Positions 11,444-24,110 of a stretch of 64,000 nucleotides of DNA are shown here, in pieces. The DNA is from Eledone cirrhosa (Eukaryota). The stretch covers positions 95,666,001-95,730,000 of the forward strand of contig OZ024746.1 of NCBI GenBank assembly GCA_964016885.1, written 5' to 3'. The first letter of the stretch is position 1. Each line of letters starts with the position of its first letter. A program made the translations under genes and the position numbers. The notes beneath the pieces are model-generated. The model ran no database searches and was not told where the DNA came from. It was given only the letters and a program-made list of their open reading frames with translations.

Positions 11444-12295
11444 TTCTTCTTCTTCTTCTTCTTCTTCTTCTTCTTCTTCTTCTTCTTCTTCTTCTTCTTC
11501 TCCCCCCCTCCTCCCCCATCCTCCTCCTCCTTGAGAGGGTTGTTGGGGAAGAGTCCTCAAACACTCCATCCAGCAGGTCCTGTCAGAAGCAACCATCTCC
11601 ACCTGATCCAGTTGGATCCCCAAGTGAGACCAGCCAAGCTCATGGATGTTATCCAACCATCTTGCTTGGGGTCTACTCCTGGGTCTCCTGCCTGTTGGTT
11701 TTCACCTTAAAATCTCTCCAGTGACATTCTAACCACATGTCCATAGTATCGGAGCTGTGATCTCTCAATTAGGAGAAGTAGCGGCTCTACCTGGAGTGAC
11801 TCGCTGATCTCCGAGCTACGCACTCTATCGAGTAATGTTACTCCAAAGACCCTTCGGAAGAACCCTATTTCGGCCGCTTGTATTCCCAGTTGTATACTTT
11901 CGGTCATTACCCAAGATTCATTGTGCCAGGTAAGGGTTGGCACAAATACCAAATTGAAGATAACAAGTTTGGCTTTTACACCCCCCTCTCTTCTGATTAC
12001 TGAATGTTGAAGCGAGTGTATTACTGCACCAGCTCCTGCAATTCTTGCTTTAATTCATCCTCCTGCCTTCCATCACTCATGAACACGGCTCTGAGATACT
12101 TGAACTTCTCTACCTGCTTCAGTGGACCTCCATTTACATGTAGAGTGTACTGTGCAGGCTTCCTTGAGAGGACGAGCATCTCAGTTTTCGCAGCACTGTT
12201 CTTCCTTCCAGCCATGCAGCACTCGGCATCAGACCTATCAAGTGTAAGTTAGAGATCACCTTCTGTTGAGTTAAGTAACACCATGTCGTCTGCAG
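11444..12295 (-). mobile_element. RTE LINE (family R2), 3' part of RT ORF, disrupted, (GAA)n tail
   Basis: ADDMVLL...KTEMLV...KQVEKFKYL...FVPTLT...ESWVM...QAAEIGFFRRV...ERSQLRYYGHVVRM...GRRP...RWLD; tail at 11444-11530. Confidence 0.9.
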
Positions 12296-12399
12296 ATTCC
12301 AACTGATTTTTACACCTGCCAGTCATGATACCACAATGAAGCAACAACAATAAGGTAGAAACAATTAAACGAATTACTCTTGTGGACGACTATTCGTAA

Positions 12400-12608
12400 A
12401 GTTGTCATGTAAAAGACACGGTAAAAAGCACCCAGCACACCCTGTAAACATGGTTGGCACTAGGAAGGACATCCAGCCATAGAAAACCAGCCAGAAACAG
12501 TCCTATATGAGCGAGGCACAGTCACCCAACACAACTTGCCTCTAAATGGGACAAACCCGTCTAACCCATGCTAGCATGGAAGATAGACATTAAACGATGA
12601 TGATGATG
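12400..12608 (+). mobile_element. Family-A SINE 3' half with RTE-type (TGA)n tail
   Basis: AAAAAGCACCCAG...GGTTGGCACTAGGAAGG...CTAACCCATGCTAGCATGGAAGATAGACATTAAACGATGATG. Similar pieces at ~14960-15260(-), 20900-21170, 22870-23122, 26673-26905(-), 29330-29790(-), 42497-42780(-), 60066-60175(-). Confidence 0.8.
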
Positions 12609-12752
12609 GGAGTAGTTAAGCTATGTTTTGCAAATGTTGCCAGTCTAACAAATTCCACTTTTTTTTTATTTAACTACAGAACATTACCTTTATATGTGGT
12701 TACAACAGAGAAAGGCTTTTTACCATCAAATTCAAAATATGTGCACTAGCAG

Positions 12753-12989
12753 GGTGATGATTATGATGATGGTGATGATGGCAATGATGATGATGATGAT
12801 GACGATGGTGATGATGGTGATGGTGATGATGATGACGATGGTGATGATGATGATGATGGTGGTGGTGATGATGATTGTGGCGATGATGATGGTGGTGATG
12901 ATGATGGTGATGATGGTGATGATGGTGATGGTGATGGTGATGATGATGATGGTGGTGATGATGATGATGGTGATGATGATGTTGGTGGG

Positions 12990-13036
<47 letters not shown>

Positions 13037-13170
13037 GTGATGATGATGGTGATGATGATGATGATCACACTTTCTTAAGGATGGACTTTATTTAAAGGAA
13101 GCTTGAAAAAAAATTACTAGTTTATTATTTTAACATTAAATGCTTGGTTAAACTAAATATTGACCATCAC

Positions 13171-13207
<37 letters not shown>

Positions 13208-13252
13208 TTCACCAACATTATCAACATCGTAAGCATTATCATCATTATCATC

Positions 13253-13287
<35 letters not shown>

Positions 13288-13320
13288 TATCCACCAACAT
13301 CATCATCATCACCATCATCA
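12753..13320. repeat. Opposed (GAT/GGT)n and (CAT)n microsatellites
   Basis: (ATG/GTG)n at ~12753-13064, then (CAT)n at ~13164-13320; the two tracts are mutually complementary. Confidence 0.9.
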
Positions 13321-13635
13321 TCTACCTGGAACTGATACAGCCTGTTGTTGGCTGCTACTCAAGATGTCTTCTCAATAGTCATTACTAATCTCTGTCCCCT
13401 GTCATCAGCAGAAAGGTCACAGCGGCGGGGGGGGGGGGATTTACATTGAAATAAAGAACAAAAGAAAACAAGTAACAACAATAAATAAATAACAACCAAA
13501 TTCCCGAATAATAAGGGGAAGCACTATCTAAGGGTAATTAAGAAACCCCACAGATCTGAGATCACACTGGTCCCTAGGGGCACCATAGGAAAGTGCTTCT
13601 CTTGTCTCCATTCTTTTCAGTCTACAGGAGCATGC

Positions 13636-13950
13636 TTAGAGTAGACCTATTCACTTAGAGTAAGCCCATTCACTTAGAGTAAGCCCATTCATTTAGAGTA
13701 GGCCCAATCACTTAGAGTAAGCCCATTCATTTAGAGTAGGCCCATTCACTTAGAGTAGGCCCATTCACTTAGAGTAGGCCCATTTGCATAGAGTAAGCCC
13801 ATTCACTTAGAGTAGGCCCAATCACTTTAGTAAGCCCATTCATTTAGAGTAGGCCCATTCACTTAGAGTAAGCCCATTCATTTAGAGTAGGCCCATTCGC
13901 TTAGAGTAGGCCCATTCACTTAGAGTAGGCCCATTTGCTTAGAATAGGCC
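13636..13950. repeat. 19-bp minisatellite, ~16 copies (CTTAGAGTARGCCCATTCA)
   Basis: Period 19 (13654, 13673); sits at the 3' end of the L1/Tx1-like remnant. Confidence 0.92.
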
Positions 13951-14582
13951 ATTTTTGCTATATTCGACAACCTTTTAACAAATATACTGAGGAGCAGCAC
14001 TTCCCTTGCAACCCTCACCTTCCTTTCCAAAGGGAACTTGAAATAGTTGATGAAGGATTGGCCAAAGAAGAATATATCTAGCTTCAGTTCTTTCAGCCTA
14101 GTTTAGCATAAAACCTCTTTCACTATAGCCACCAAACAGAGGAAAAACTGCCTGCCTTTACTGGGCAAAGAAAAGTGATGGGCTGATCTTCCACAAGGAA
14201 ATCAGCTTATAGACAGATCCATCCTACGTGTGCAAAACTCCAACTGTTAAACAAAACTCTACAAGTGAGATTGATCCAGCTATCAGCTGACTTCCTTGTG
14301 AAGATCTCCCAATTGTCATTGACCGATCTACAGGCACAAACTCAGAGTAGACACATTTATTCTTGCCATTTTTGCTACTTGAAAATGTTGGTTAGAGTTT
14401 GAATGAAGAGGAATGTCTGTCTTCAGCTCTTTTAGTCTTGTCTACTACACAACCTCTTTTCCCATAGCCACTAGACATAGGAAAACTACTCACCCTTCCC
14501 TGTTAACCTTTTAGCATTTACATGCCTCAAGTGGGACAATTCCCGTCTAAACCCATGCTAGCATGGAAAATAGACGTTAAAC

Positions 14583-14613
<31 letters not shown>

Positions 14614-15530
14614 ACTCTATATATACTATTATATTTTCATGGAAAAGGCTTTATCTCACATAATTATCTCGAGAATTTGATATTATTTATTTTGAGAACC
14701 ATACCTTAGCATAACTATAAGCAGCTGGTGAGAGAATTCTAACTGGATACGGTCAGTTTAAATGCTAAAGGGTTAAAGGAAAGTGGTAGGGTGATCTTCA
14801 TGATACACTCTGTTGATAGCCAGATCCAGTCTACATGTGACAACAGTTTTTCAACATAACCCCACAAGTCAGTAATATATGGGAACTGAATGAGGGCATG
14901 CAGAACAGTTTTCACTCTATACACATCTTTACAGCTGACAAGCTCATCTCACAGTATTTCTATCATCATCATCATCATCACAATCACCATCATTTAATGT
15001 CCATCTTCCATGCTAGCATGGGTAGGTCGCGCTGTCCCTTTGTGAGAGATCAGGTTGGGGGACTGTGATTCGCTCACACAGAACTGGTTTTGGTTTTGTT
15101 TCTACAGATAGGTGCCTTCCTAACGCCAACCACATTTACAGAGTGTGCTGGGTGCTTTTTGCTGTGTTGTCTACATAACCATTTTACAGTGAAGACTGGG
15201 TGCTTTTTGTCATGACACCTACATGACCACTTTATAGTGTGGACTGGGCACTCGCTTTTATGTCGTAGAATTAATCTCAAACTGGCTAGCCCCACCCCTT
15301 TCCCCATAGCATTGCAAGGCCAGAGATTTCTAGAAGTTCTCCATAACCCCCAAAGCAGAAGGTCTTCCAGAATAGACCATTTCATTCTCGGTGACACCCA
15401 GGACTTTCTCGAGAACATTGTCAAACTTTCCCACCACTAAATCCTCTTTAGGTCACTAATGTAGAACTTTCAATGACCAACAGGTAGACAGCTGTTAGGG
15501 CCTGACAACATTCTAGATGGCAGGAACCCT
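13950..15530 (-). mobile_element. Fragmented L1/Tx1-like ORF2 C-terminus, interrupted by a MITE and SINEs
   Basis: KTVLHALIQFPYITDLWGYVEKLLS resembles the CCHC knuckle (C..C...ETxxHxxxxC....W); downstream AVFLCLVAIVKEVL..TRLK...F.KR; upstream KSLALQCY. Many stops and frameshifts. Confidence 0.5.
14503..14776. mobile_element. TTAA MITE family 1 with nested SINE 3' end
   Basis: TTAACCTTTTAGCATTTACAT, then a SINE tail (~14522-14612), then TACTCTATAT...TTTAAATGCTAAAGGGTTAA. Confidence 0.75.
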
Positions 15531-15664
15531 TTGTTTCAAATTTAATCATAAAGCCAGCAATTTGGGAGCATGGAAAAGTTTATTATATTGCCCTCAGTAT
15601 TTAACTGGTACTTATGACCCTCTAACAAACTGAGACCCAAAACAGGCAGTTTCTGCCAATAATA

Positions 15665-15786
15665 ATAGCAGTACTAGTAGTAGTAATAGTAGTAGTAGCA
15701 GTAGTAGTAGTAGTAGCAGTAGTAGTAGTAGTAGTAGCAGTAGTAGTAGCAGTAGTAGTAGTAGTAGTTGTAGTTGTAGCAGTAGC

Positions 15787-15857
<71 letters not shown>

Positions 15858-15978
15858 CAGTACTAGTGGTCGTAGTAGTAGTGGTAGTAGTAGTAGCAGT
15901 AGTGGCAGTAGTAGTAGTAGTAGCAGTAGCAGCAACAGCAACAGTAGCAGTAGTAGTAGCAGTAGCAGTAGTGGTAGC
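15665..15978. repeat. (AGT/AGC)n microsatellite
   Basis: Direct reading; source of the poly-Leu ORF. Confidence 0.95.
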
Positions 15979-15999
15979 AATATTCTAAAAAAAGTGCAT

Positions 16000-16283
16000 C
16001 TGTCACGAGCCTGGAGCCTCATCAAGCCAGCGCCTGCCTGTCCTGGTTTTGGTGATGTTAAGCGACTGAGAGTACAAGACTCCCCACTGGACAGGACACC
16101 AGTTCATTACAGGGTTAAACCAGCTATTGCTGGTACTCATATATTTTTTCAGCTGAGTACATTGGAGCAACGTGAAATGAAGTGTTTTGCTCAAGAACAC
16201 AACACACAACCCACCCCAGGAATCGAACCCACGACATTATGATCATATCCAACACCCTTACCACTAGGCCATGCACCTCCACA
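16000..16283 (-). mobile_element. tRNA-head CORE-like SINE
   Basis: Minus strand TGGCCTAGTGGTAAG A-box, GGTTCGATTCC B-box, GTGTTCTTGAGCAAAACACTTCATTTCACGTTGCTCCA domain. Confidence 0.75.
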
Positions 16284-17127
16284 GTAGCAATATTACAACA
16301 ACAAAAAATATCTAGTATATTGTACTAAAAGTTTAGTTAAGCACTAACAACTTTTTCCCTTTTATTAAACTGTATTTAGTTAAGCTGTAAATAGTGGAGA
16401 TAGTTGCCAATAGTCTCACAAAGTGAGAGCTGAGACATTGCAAGCTAACTAAAATAACTCAATGGGTGGAATAAATTGAAACTAAATATTTTTCTTGTCA
16501 AAATATAATCATAGAAAGGGAAAGAATGTCTTTCTCTCTCTCATTGTAACAACTGGTATAAAACAATGGTAGTTCGCAGTGAAACATTGAAACATGGAGT
16601 TAACAGGAAACTTAACAACGCCCAAACTCCAATTATCTTATGCTAATACAGGGACCACAGAGCTAAGGGAAATATGGGGGCTATAGACGCCCTAAAAGTT
16701 TTCATAAAAAACAAAATAATAATAGCTAGGTATAGTGTAAAAAAAATATATATATTTTAGTGTTTTAACACCTTACATATATGGCTGTGTGGCTTAGAAG
16801 TTCACTTTTAAAGCATGTGGTTTAACCCTTTAGCATTTAAACTGGCCGTATCATCATCATCATCATCATCATCATCACCATTTAACATCTGTAATATCTG
16901 TTTTTCCACACTGCCATGGGTTAGATGAGTTATCCTGTTGTGAGCGATGCTAGGTCAGGCGACTATGTTCATACAGAACCGATTTTGGCTTGGTTTCTAA
17001 GTTAACATTTCTCGGTTTAATCTTTAGTTTCTTCAAAACAGCATGTCATAACTCTTAAACAAAACCCCAATTAACAAGAAATATATTAACCTGTTGAAAG
17101 AAACTTACACCAACCCTGCAATAAATT

Positions 17128-18180
17128 ATGAAGCAACAGAGCTAATAGATTGAGGCAACAAGAGCTAATAAATTGAGGCAACAGAGCTAATAGACTGAGG
17201 CAACAGAGCTAATAGATTGAGGCAACACAACTAATAAATTATGAAGCAATAAGGCTAATAGACTGAGGCAACAGAGCTAATAGACTGAGGCAACAGAGCT
17301 AATAGACTGAGGCAACAGAGCTAATAGACTGACGCAACAGAGCTAATAAATTGAGGCAACAGAGCTAATAGACTGAGGCAACAGAGCTAATAGACTGAGG
17401 CAACAGAGCTAATAGACCGAGGCAACAAAACTAATAGATTTTGAGGCAACAAAGTTAATAAACTGAGGCAACAAAGCTAATATATTGAGGCAACAAGGCT
17501 AATTAACTGGGGCAACAAAGCTAATAAACTGAGGCAACAAAGCTAAAAAACTGAGGCAACAAGGCTAATAGACCGAGGCAACAAGGCTAATAAACTGAGG
17601 CAACAAAGCTAATAGATTGAGGAAACAAGGCTAATTAACTGGGGCAACATAGCTAATAGACTGAGGCAACAGAGCTAATAGACTGAGGCAACAGAGCTAA
17701 TAGACTGAGGCAACAAGGCTAATTAACTGAGGCAACAGAGCTAATAGACTGAGGCAACATAGCTAATAGGCTGAGGCAACAGAGCTAATAGACTGAGGCA
17801 ACAAGGCTAATTAACTGGGGCAACATAGCTAATAGACTGAGGCAACAGAGCTAATAGACTGAGGCAACAGAGCTAATAGACTGAGGCAACAAGGCTAATT
17901 AACTGAGGCAACAGAGCTAATAGACTGAGGCAACATAGCTAATAGGCTGAGGCAACAGAGCTAATAGACTGAGGCAACAAGGCTAATAGACTGAGGCAAC
18001 AAAGCTAATAGATTGAGGAAACAAGGCTAATTAACTGAGGCAACAGAGCTAATAGACTGAGGCAACAAGGCTAATAGACTGAGGCAACAGAGTTAATAGA
18101 CTGAGGCAACAAAGCTAATATATTGAGGCAACAAGGCTAATAGAATATAAAGCAACAAAGTTAATAGATTTTGAGGCAAT
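17128..18180. repeat. 22-bp minisatellite, ~47 copies (GAGGCAACAGAGCTAATAGACT)
   Basis: Period 22 (17265, 17287); ends more diverged than the centre. Confidence 0.95.
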
Positions 18181-18229
18181 GAAAAAAAATATGAACCTCC
18201 TCAGGTTTGATGATGGGTGTTCTATTTGT

Positions 18230-18438
18230 TTGATCAATAAAGCAGCCTGCTCATGAAATTATCATGTAAGTTGTTGGACATTTCGTAAACATGTATACCC
18301 ATAATGTCAGGGAGATTCAGTGTAGAAAAATGTGTAACAAGGCTGGTCTTTTAAGTTACAGGTATAGTCCATCCAATGGGCTTCTAAACAGTTTCTGTCT
18401 ACCCAATTTAATTCACAAGGCATGCATCAACTCAAAGC
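18230..18438 (+). mobile_element. SINE-like repeat family C
   Basis: CAGCCTGCTCATGAAATT...GGGAGATTCAG...CAAGGCTGG shared with ~34875-35170 (+) and ~27955-28040 (-). Confidence 0.55.
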
Positions 18439-18670
18439 TTAATCCTTTAGCATTTACATTACTCTATATTTACTATTATATTTTAATGGTAAAGGATTTA
18501 CCTCACATAATTATTTCACATAATATTGAATCTATGAGATTTTGATATTATACATTTTGTTGAGAACAATACCTTAACAGCAGTATGAGTAACCAGTTAC
18601 AGCTGGTTTGAACAGAAAGTGGTAAGAGAATTCTGGCTGGATACAGCTGGTTTAAATGCTAAAGGATTAA
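18439..18670. mobile_element. TTAA MITE family 1
   Basis: TTAATCCTTTAGCATTTAC...TTTAAATGCTAAAGGATTAA. Confidence 0.85.
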
Positions 18671-18835
18671 GATGCCCAAGTGGAATAAAAATTAGGCCCT
18701 ATTGAGTGCAAAGCAGATTTCTAAACCATTCGGTTATGCTGCATCCACATAAGACAACTAAGAGTTGAGGTTTTTCTATGCTTAATAAATAAGCTATAAC
18801 TTTGCAATTGCAAATAATAACTTGAACAGATTATC

Positions 18836-19064
18836 TTAACCCTTTAGCATTTACATTACTCTATATTTACTATTATATTTTTACGGTAAAGGCTTTATCT
18901 CACATAATTATCTTATATAATATCGAATCTATGGAATTTTGATATTATTTATTTTGAGAACAATACCTTAACATCAGAATGAGTGGCTGGTTACAGCCGG
19001 TTTGAACAGAAAGAAGTGAGAGAGTTCTGGCCGGATACAGCTGGTTTAAATGCTAAAGAGTTAA
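18836..19064. mobile_element. TTAA MITE family 1
   Basis: TTAACCCTTTAGCATTTAC...TTTAAATGCTAAAGAGTTAA. Further copies at ~32207-32420 and 33293-33512. Confidence 0.85.
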
Positions 19065-19694
19065 TAATGTCTGTCTACCTTTCTGGGGCAATAGGCAATC
19101 ATTTCAATTATATGAAAATAGTTGTCTTTTCTTTGCCCAGCTTATTTAACCTTATATCCTAGTCACCACCAATAGCATCTCCCTGGCTGGAGAGTTATAA
19201 AACAAAACAAAATGAAAAGCCTCATTTGATCTATTAAGTGACAGGAATGAAAACAAAGAGAGAAACTATTCAATGAGGAAACCAATTATCTGAGGTCTTC
19301 TACAATATTAAACACCACAAATACAGGTCAGCCCTTGCAAGAACAACCAACTAACGAATAATCAATAAAAACTTTCTAAATATATCTGTAAATGATGGAC
19401 ATAATTAGATTTTCTTTCAGGATCAAAACTATTTGAAATTCTTTTGTATCTTTTCCCAGTCTCACATCTTCAATATACATCAGATAAGATTTTTGATGAA
19501 ATACTGAAAAGGGGATTCGCAGTAATTATTTTCTTACCACATGAGTAAATTTAATTGCCATAATATTTTAATCACACCAAAGAAATATAATAAAAAAAGA
19601 AATTACTATACTTCTGATTAGTTTCTTGAGGTGTGGCATTGGATATTATTTTTGTAACATTTGCTGTGTGTATCCAGGAGGTTGTATTGGTGTC

Positions 19695-20040
19695 ACCCAG
19701 CCCACACTGTAAAGTGGTCGTGTAGGTGTCATGACAAACAGCACCCAGCCCACACTGTAAATTGGTTGTGTAGGAGTCATGATAAAAAGTGCCCAGCCCA
19801 CACTGTAAGGTGTTCATGTAGGTGTCACAACAAAAAAGCACCCAGCCCACACTGTAAACTGGTCATGTAGGTATCACAAAAAGCAACCAGCTGACACTGT
19901 AAAGTGGTTGTGTAGGTGTCACAACAAAAAGTACCCAGTACTCACTGAAAATGTGGTTGGCATTAGGAAGAGCATCTCCAGCTGTTGAAACCAAGCCCAA
20001 ATCAGTTCTGTATGAGCAAAACATTGTCACTTGACCTGGC
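19695..20040 (+). repeat. Family-A SINE with internal ~48-bp unit amplified (~5-6 copies)
   Basis: Repeated GCACCCAGCCCACACTGTAA. A similar array at ~20758-21000 has period 48 (20761, 20809). Confidence 0.85.
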
Positions 20041-20044
20041 CTAG

Positions 20045-20308
20045 GAGAAGCAAAAGAGAAGACTGCATTGTTTTGGACATGTGTTGCACATGGACAGTGA
20101 CCATTGGGTGAAGAAATGCCATGAAATGCCAGTGGAAGGAAGTCACAGTAAAGATCGAGAGAGCTGACCTCAAATCACTAAGACTCACAGAGGCGATGAC
20201 AAAGAATCATGACATGTGGAGAGATGCCATGCTGAGAAGGACCTGTCCACCCCATGCAAGTGTGAAAAAGCAATCTTAAAAAGGATGATGATGATGTTGA
20301 TGATGATA
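20045..20308 (+). mobile_element. RTE LINE 3' fragment (family R1)
   Basis: GGACATGTGTTGCACATGGAC...TGGGTGAAGAAATGCCATGAAATGCCAGTGGAAGG...CCCATGCAAGTGTGAAAA(GAT)n. Confidence 0.75.
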
Positions 20309-20361
20309 GTACATTATATCAGCATACATATAGTATTGTATATCATCATATATGTCATCAC

Positions 20362-20396
<35 letters not shown>

Positions 20397-23300
20397 CTAT
20401 TTTACGCCTATAGTCCATACTGGCATAGGTTAGTCTGGTTGTCAAGTTCTGAGATATGAGAGGTCAGTTGACGATACCTTGCTCATATATTCTACTTTGG
20501 TATGTATCCTATAGTTGTATGCCCTTCCTAATATATAGTATTTTATATCATCATATATTTCCCTCCAAATGAAAGACAGATTGTATGAAGTTTGTGTATG
20601 AACAGCAATGTTTCATGGAAGTGAAACCTGGGCAATATGTGCAGAAGGCCTATGAAGCTTACATATTCTGGTGGATTTGTAATAGCAGTGGGCATGAACA
20701 ACAAAGCATCAGTGAATTGAGAGAGAAACTAGTCATAAGAGGCGTCAGATGCAGTATACAGTAAGGTGGTTGTGCTGGTGACATTGCAAAAAGCACCCAG
20801 TCCACACTGTAAGGTGGTTGTGCTGGTGACAGTGCAAAAAGCACCCAGTCCACACTATAAGGTTGTTGTGCTGGTGACATGGCAAAAAGCACCCAGTCCA
20901 CACTGTAAGGTTGTTGTGCTGGTGACAGGGCAAAAAGTGCCCAGTTCACCTTGTAAGGTAGTCGTTTCCGTGCCATGATAAAAAGTGCCCAGTCCACACT
21001 GTAATGTGGTTGGGGTTAGGAAGACCAGCCAGCTCTAGAAACCAAGCCAAAATACAGTTCTGTTTGAGCAAGGTATGGTGCAGCTAACTGGTCAGACTTG
21101 TATCATAATGTGGACAATCCGTGTAACCCATGCAAGCATGGAAAAATAGACATTAAATGGTGATGATGATAATGACAATTTTTATATATATATATATATA
21201 TATTTATAAGCAAGTATTGCACCAAGAAAAATATAAACATTGGGGAGAAAGGAGTTTAGGAATTTATTTGCTTTAACATATGTTTCTGTGTCTATTATAA
21301 TTGTCTACATATGCTGACTACAATATATATTGTTCAATCATATGCAATACTTAACTAATTATCACACTTCCTCAGACAGCCTATAATTGTGGAAGTGACT
21401 ATTCACTACGTGGTAGAATTCAGGAATGGGATTTTCATTATTTATATATATATATATATATAGTGTGCACTTACTTTCATTAGCCTGCTCATTTAAAAGC
21501 ATCCCTGTTGTTCCTGTAGTAGATCAGTGATTCCCAAAGTGGAATACCAGATCCATATGATCAAGATGCGGTCTCCAGACCAGGTTTATCTCATAATGTG
21601 ACAACCTGTCTAACCCATGCAAGTGTGGAAAATGGACATTAAAACGATGATGATGATGATTTAATATACCTGGCATAATGGTCAGGATGTTCAGTTGCTG
21701 GTTGTAAGGCCATGAGTTTTATCAGAGCCAATGTATTGTACTTCATATCATTTGTGGATAGGCAGTAGAATCGGTAGAGTGTCAGACAACATGCTTTGTG
21801 GCATATAGTTATGGCTCTTTATGTACTGAGTTCAAATCCCGCTGAGGTTAACTTAACCTTTCATCTTTATGGTGTCAATAAAATAAAAGTATCAGTAATG
21901 CACTGGGGGCGATTTAATTGACTTTTCCCCACCCCAAAATTGTTGGCTTTGTTCCTAAGTCAGAAATTGTTATATATTTAGTATTTTCATATTGATGTAG
22001 CTTTGGAATTCTAAATAGAAGTGTTTTTAATCCTTAATCTCTGTTTAACCTGCTTGCCTGTTGCTTAGTTGTGAATGACATACATACTGATAGTATTGTT
22101 CTTTAGCTATAAATATCAATAGGGTTCTAGTGGGACATCATCATCATCATCACCATCATTAGTTAAAGTCCATTTTTTCATGCTTGCATGGGTCAGACAG
22201 CTCGTCTGCATCCAGAGACAAGTCTGGCCAGGATTGAGTACTTTTTTAACTGTTGTATAAATAATTGTTTCTACTTTTTGGCACAAGGCCAGCAATTACC
22301 CAGTGCATTACGGGTACTTTATTTTATCGACCCCGTAAGGATGAAAGGCAAAGTTAACCTTGGCGGGATTTGAACTCAGAATGGCAAAGGCCGTAACTCT
22401 ATGCGCCAAAGCATGGCGTCTGACCCTCTACCGATACTGCCAATCCACCGCCATAACTGTTGTATAAATAATGCTACTGGTTGTCTATAGAAATTCCTGT
22501 ATGCCAATGACTAAATACTTATAGTTAAATCTGTGGAAAATTTAGAGAAGAAATTCTATACTTGGAAACAAAACCTAGTTTATAGGAAAGAATACAAGAC
22601 ACTGATACCACCAAAGAAATAGCTAGTCTTGATATCCAGAAAAGGAATGGGTTGGAATTTCATATGCTGTATTTAATCCTTTTAATACAAACCTGTGCAA
22701 AGCTGGTTCTGGTTCTCTGATACATAACCTCCTATTTTAATTGGTTCTTATTTTCTCCCCTCCAATTTACCTCCCTTACTGTAACCATCTCTCCCTTATA
22801 CATACGTCCTCAATTTCCCCAAGCTTCTTCTCCATCCTCCCAAGTTCCCATCCCACACCATGAGGTGGTCCCTCTGGAGCCATGACAAAAGTGCCCAGTC
22901 CACACTGTAAAGTGGTCATATAGGTGTCATGACAAAAAGCACCCAGCACACACTGTAAATGTGGTTGGCATTAGGAAGGGCTGTAGAAACCAAACCAAAA
23001 TCAGCCCTGTGTGAGCGAAACATGGTCCTCCGACCTGATCTCTCACAAAGAGACAGCCTGTCCTATCTATGCTAGCGTGGAAAAGGGACATTAAACGATG
23101 ATGATGATGATGATGATGATGATCGAAATTTAACAACTGCATGTTAAGTTACAAGATAAAATATTTTTATTCACTATTGTGAAAATAACATTATAAATTG
23201 TTTGCCATTTGTTTAGAACAACATTACAAATATAATGTTGTTGATAAACACATATAAACAAATAAAAGAGAGAAAAGAAAACAAAGGGGGAAGCAAAAAC

Positions 23301-23869
23301 AAAGACGAAAACAACCACCAATTCACCCTTTTCTTCTGTTCTCTCTTTCATGCGTTTATATTTGTAATGTTCTTCTGAAAGAATTGTGAGCAATTTATAA
23401 TGTTAAGTTACTATCTTAGTAATGAAGCAATTTATAATTTTAGTAAATCTCTTAAAATCTTTAATTAATTAATTGAAATTGAGTGCATTTCATTAGAAAT
23501 ATAATTGTTTCTACTTTTGGCACAAGGCCAGCAATTATCCAGTGCATTACTGGTACTTTATTTTATTGACCCCGTAAGGATGAAAGGCAAAGTTAACCTC
23601 GGCGGGATTTGAACTCAGAATGGCAAGGGCCGTAACTCTATGTGTCAAAGCATGGCGTCCGACCCTCTACCGATACTGCCAATCCACCGCTAGAAAGGTA
23701 TGAAGTGAACATGTTCCACTGTATGAATAATTGTTTCTACATTTGACACAAGGCCAGCAATAACCCCAGTGCATTACTGGTATTTTATTTTATCAACCCT
23801 GTAATGATGAAAGGTAAAGTTAACCTTGACAGGATTTGAACTTCAATGTCAAACTCTATACTGGCCATG

Positions 23870-24110
23870 AGCATTAAGAAACAGGTGAATTGAGAGAAAA
23901 AGTGGATATAAGAGAGATGAAATGTAGCGTGCAAAAGAGAGAAGATAGTGCTGGTACAGACATGTAATGTGGGTGAATGATGGCAATTGTGCAAAAGAGA
24001 GAAGATAGTGCTGGTACAGACATGTAATGTGGGTGAATGATGGCAATTGTGCAAAAGAGAGAAGCCAGTGCTGGTACAGACATGTAATGTGGGTGAATGA
24101 TGGCAATTGC
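23870..24110 (+). mobile_element. RTE family R1 fragment with a 60-bp segment triplicated
   Basis: GTGCAAAAGAGAGAAGATAGTGCTGGTACAGACATGTAATGTGGGTGAATGATGGCAATT x3 (23929-24108), the RRLRWYGHV-coding segment. Confidence 0.8.

Noticed and set aside
19410-19548. TTTCTTTCAG acceptor followed by a ~40-codon open frame (SKLFEILLYLFPVS...)
   Set aside because: No recognisable protein similarity and no strong donor; expected by chance in AT-rich DNA.
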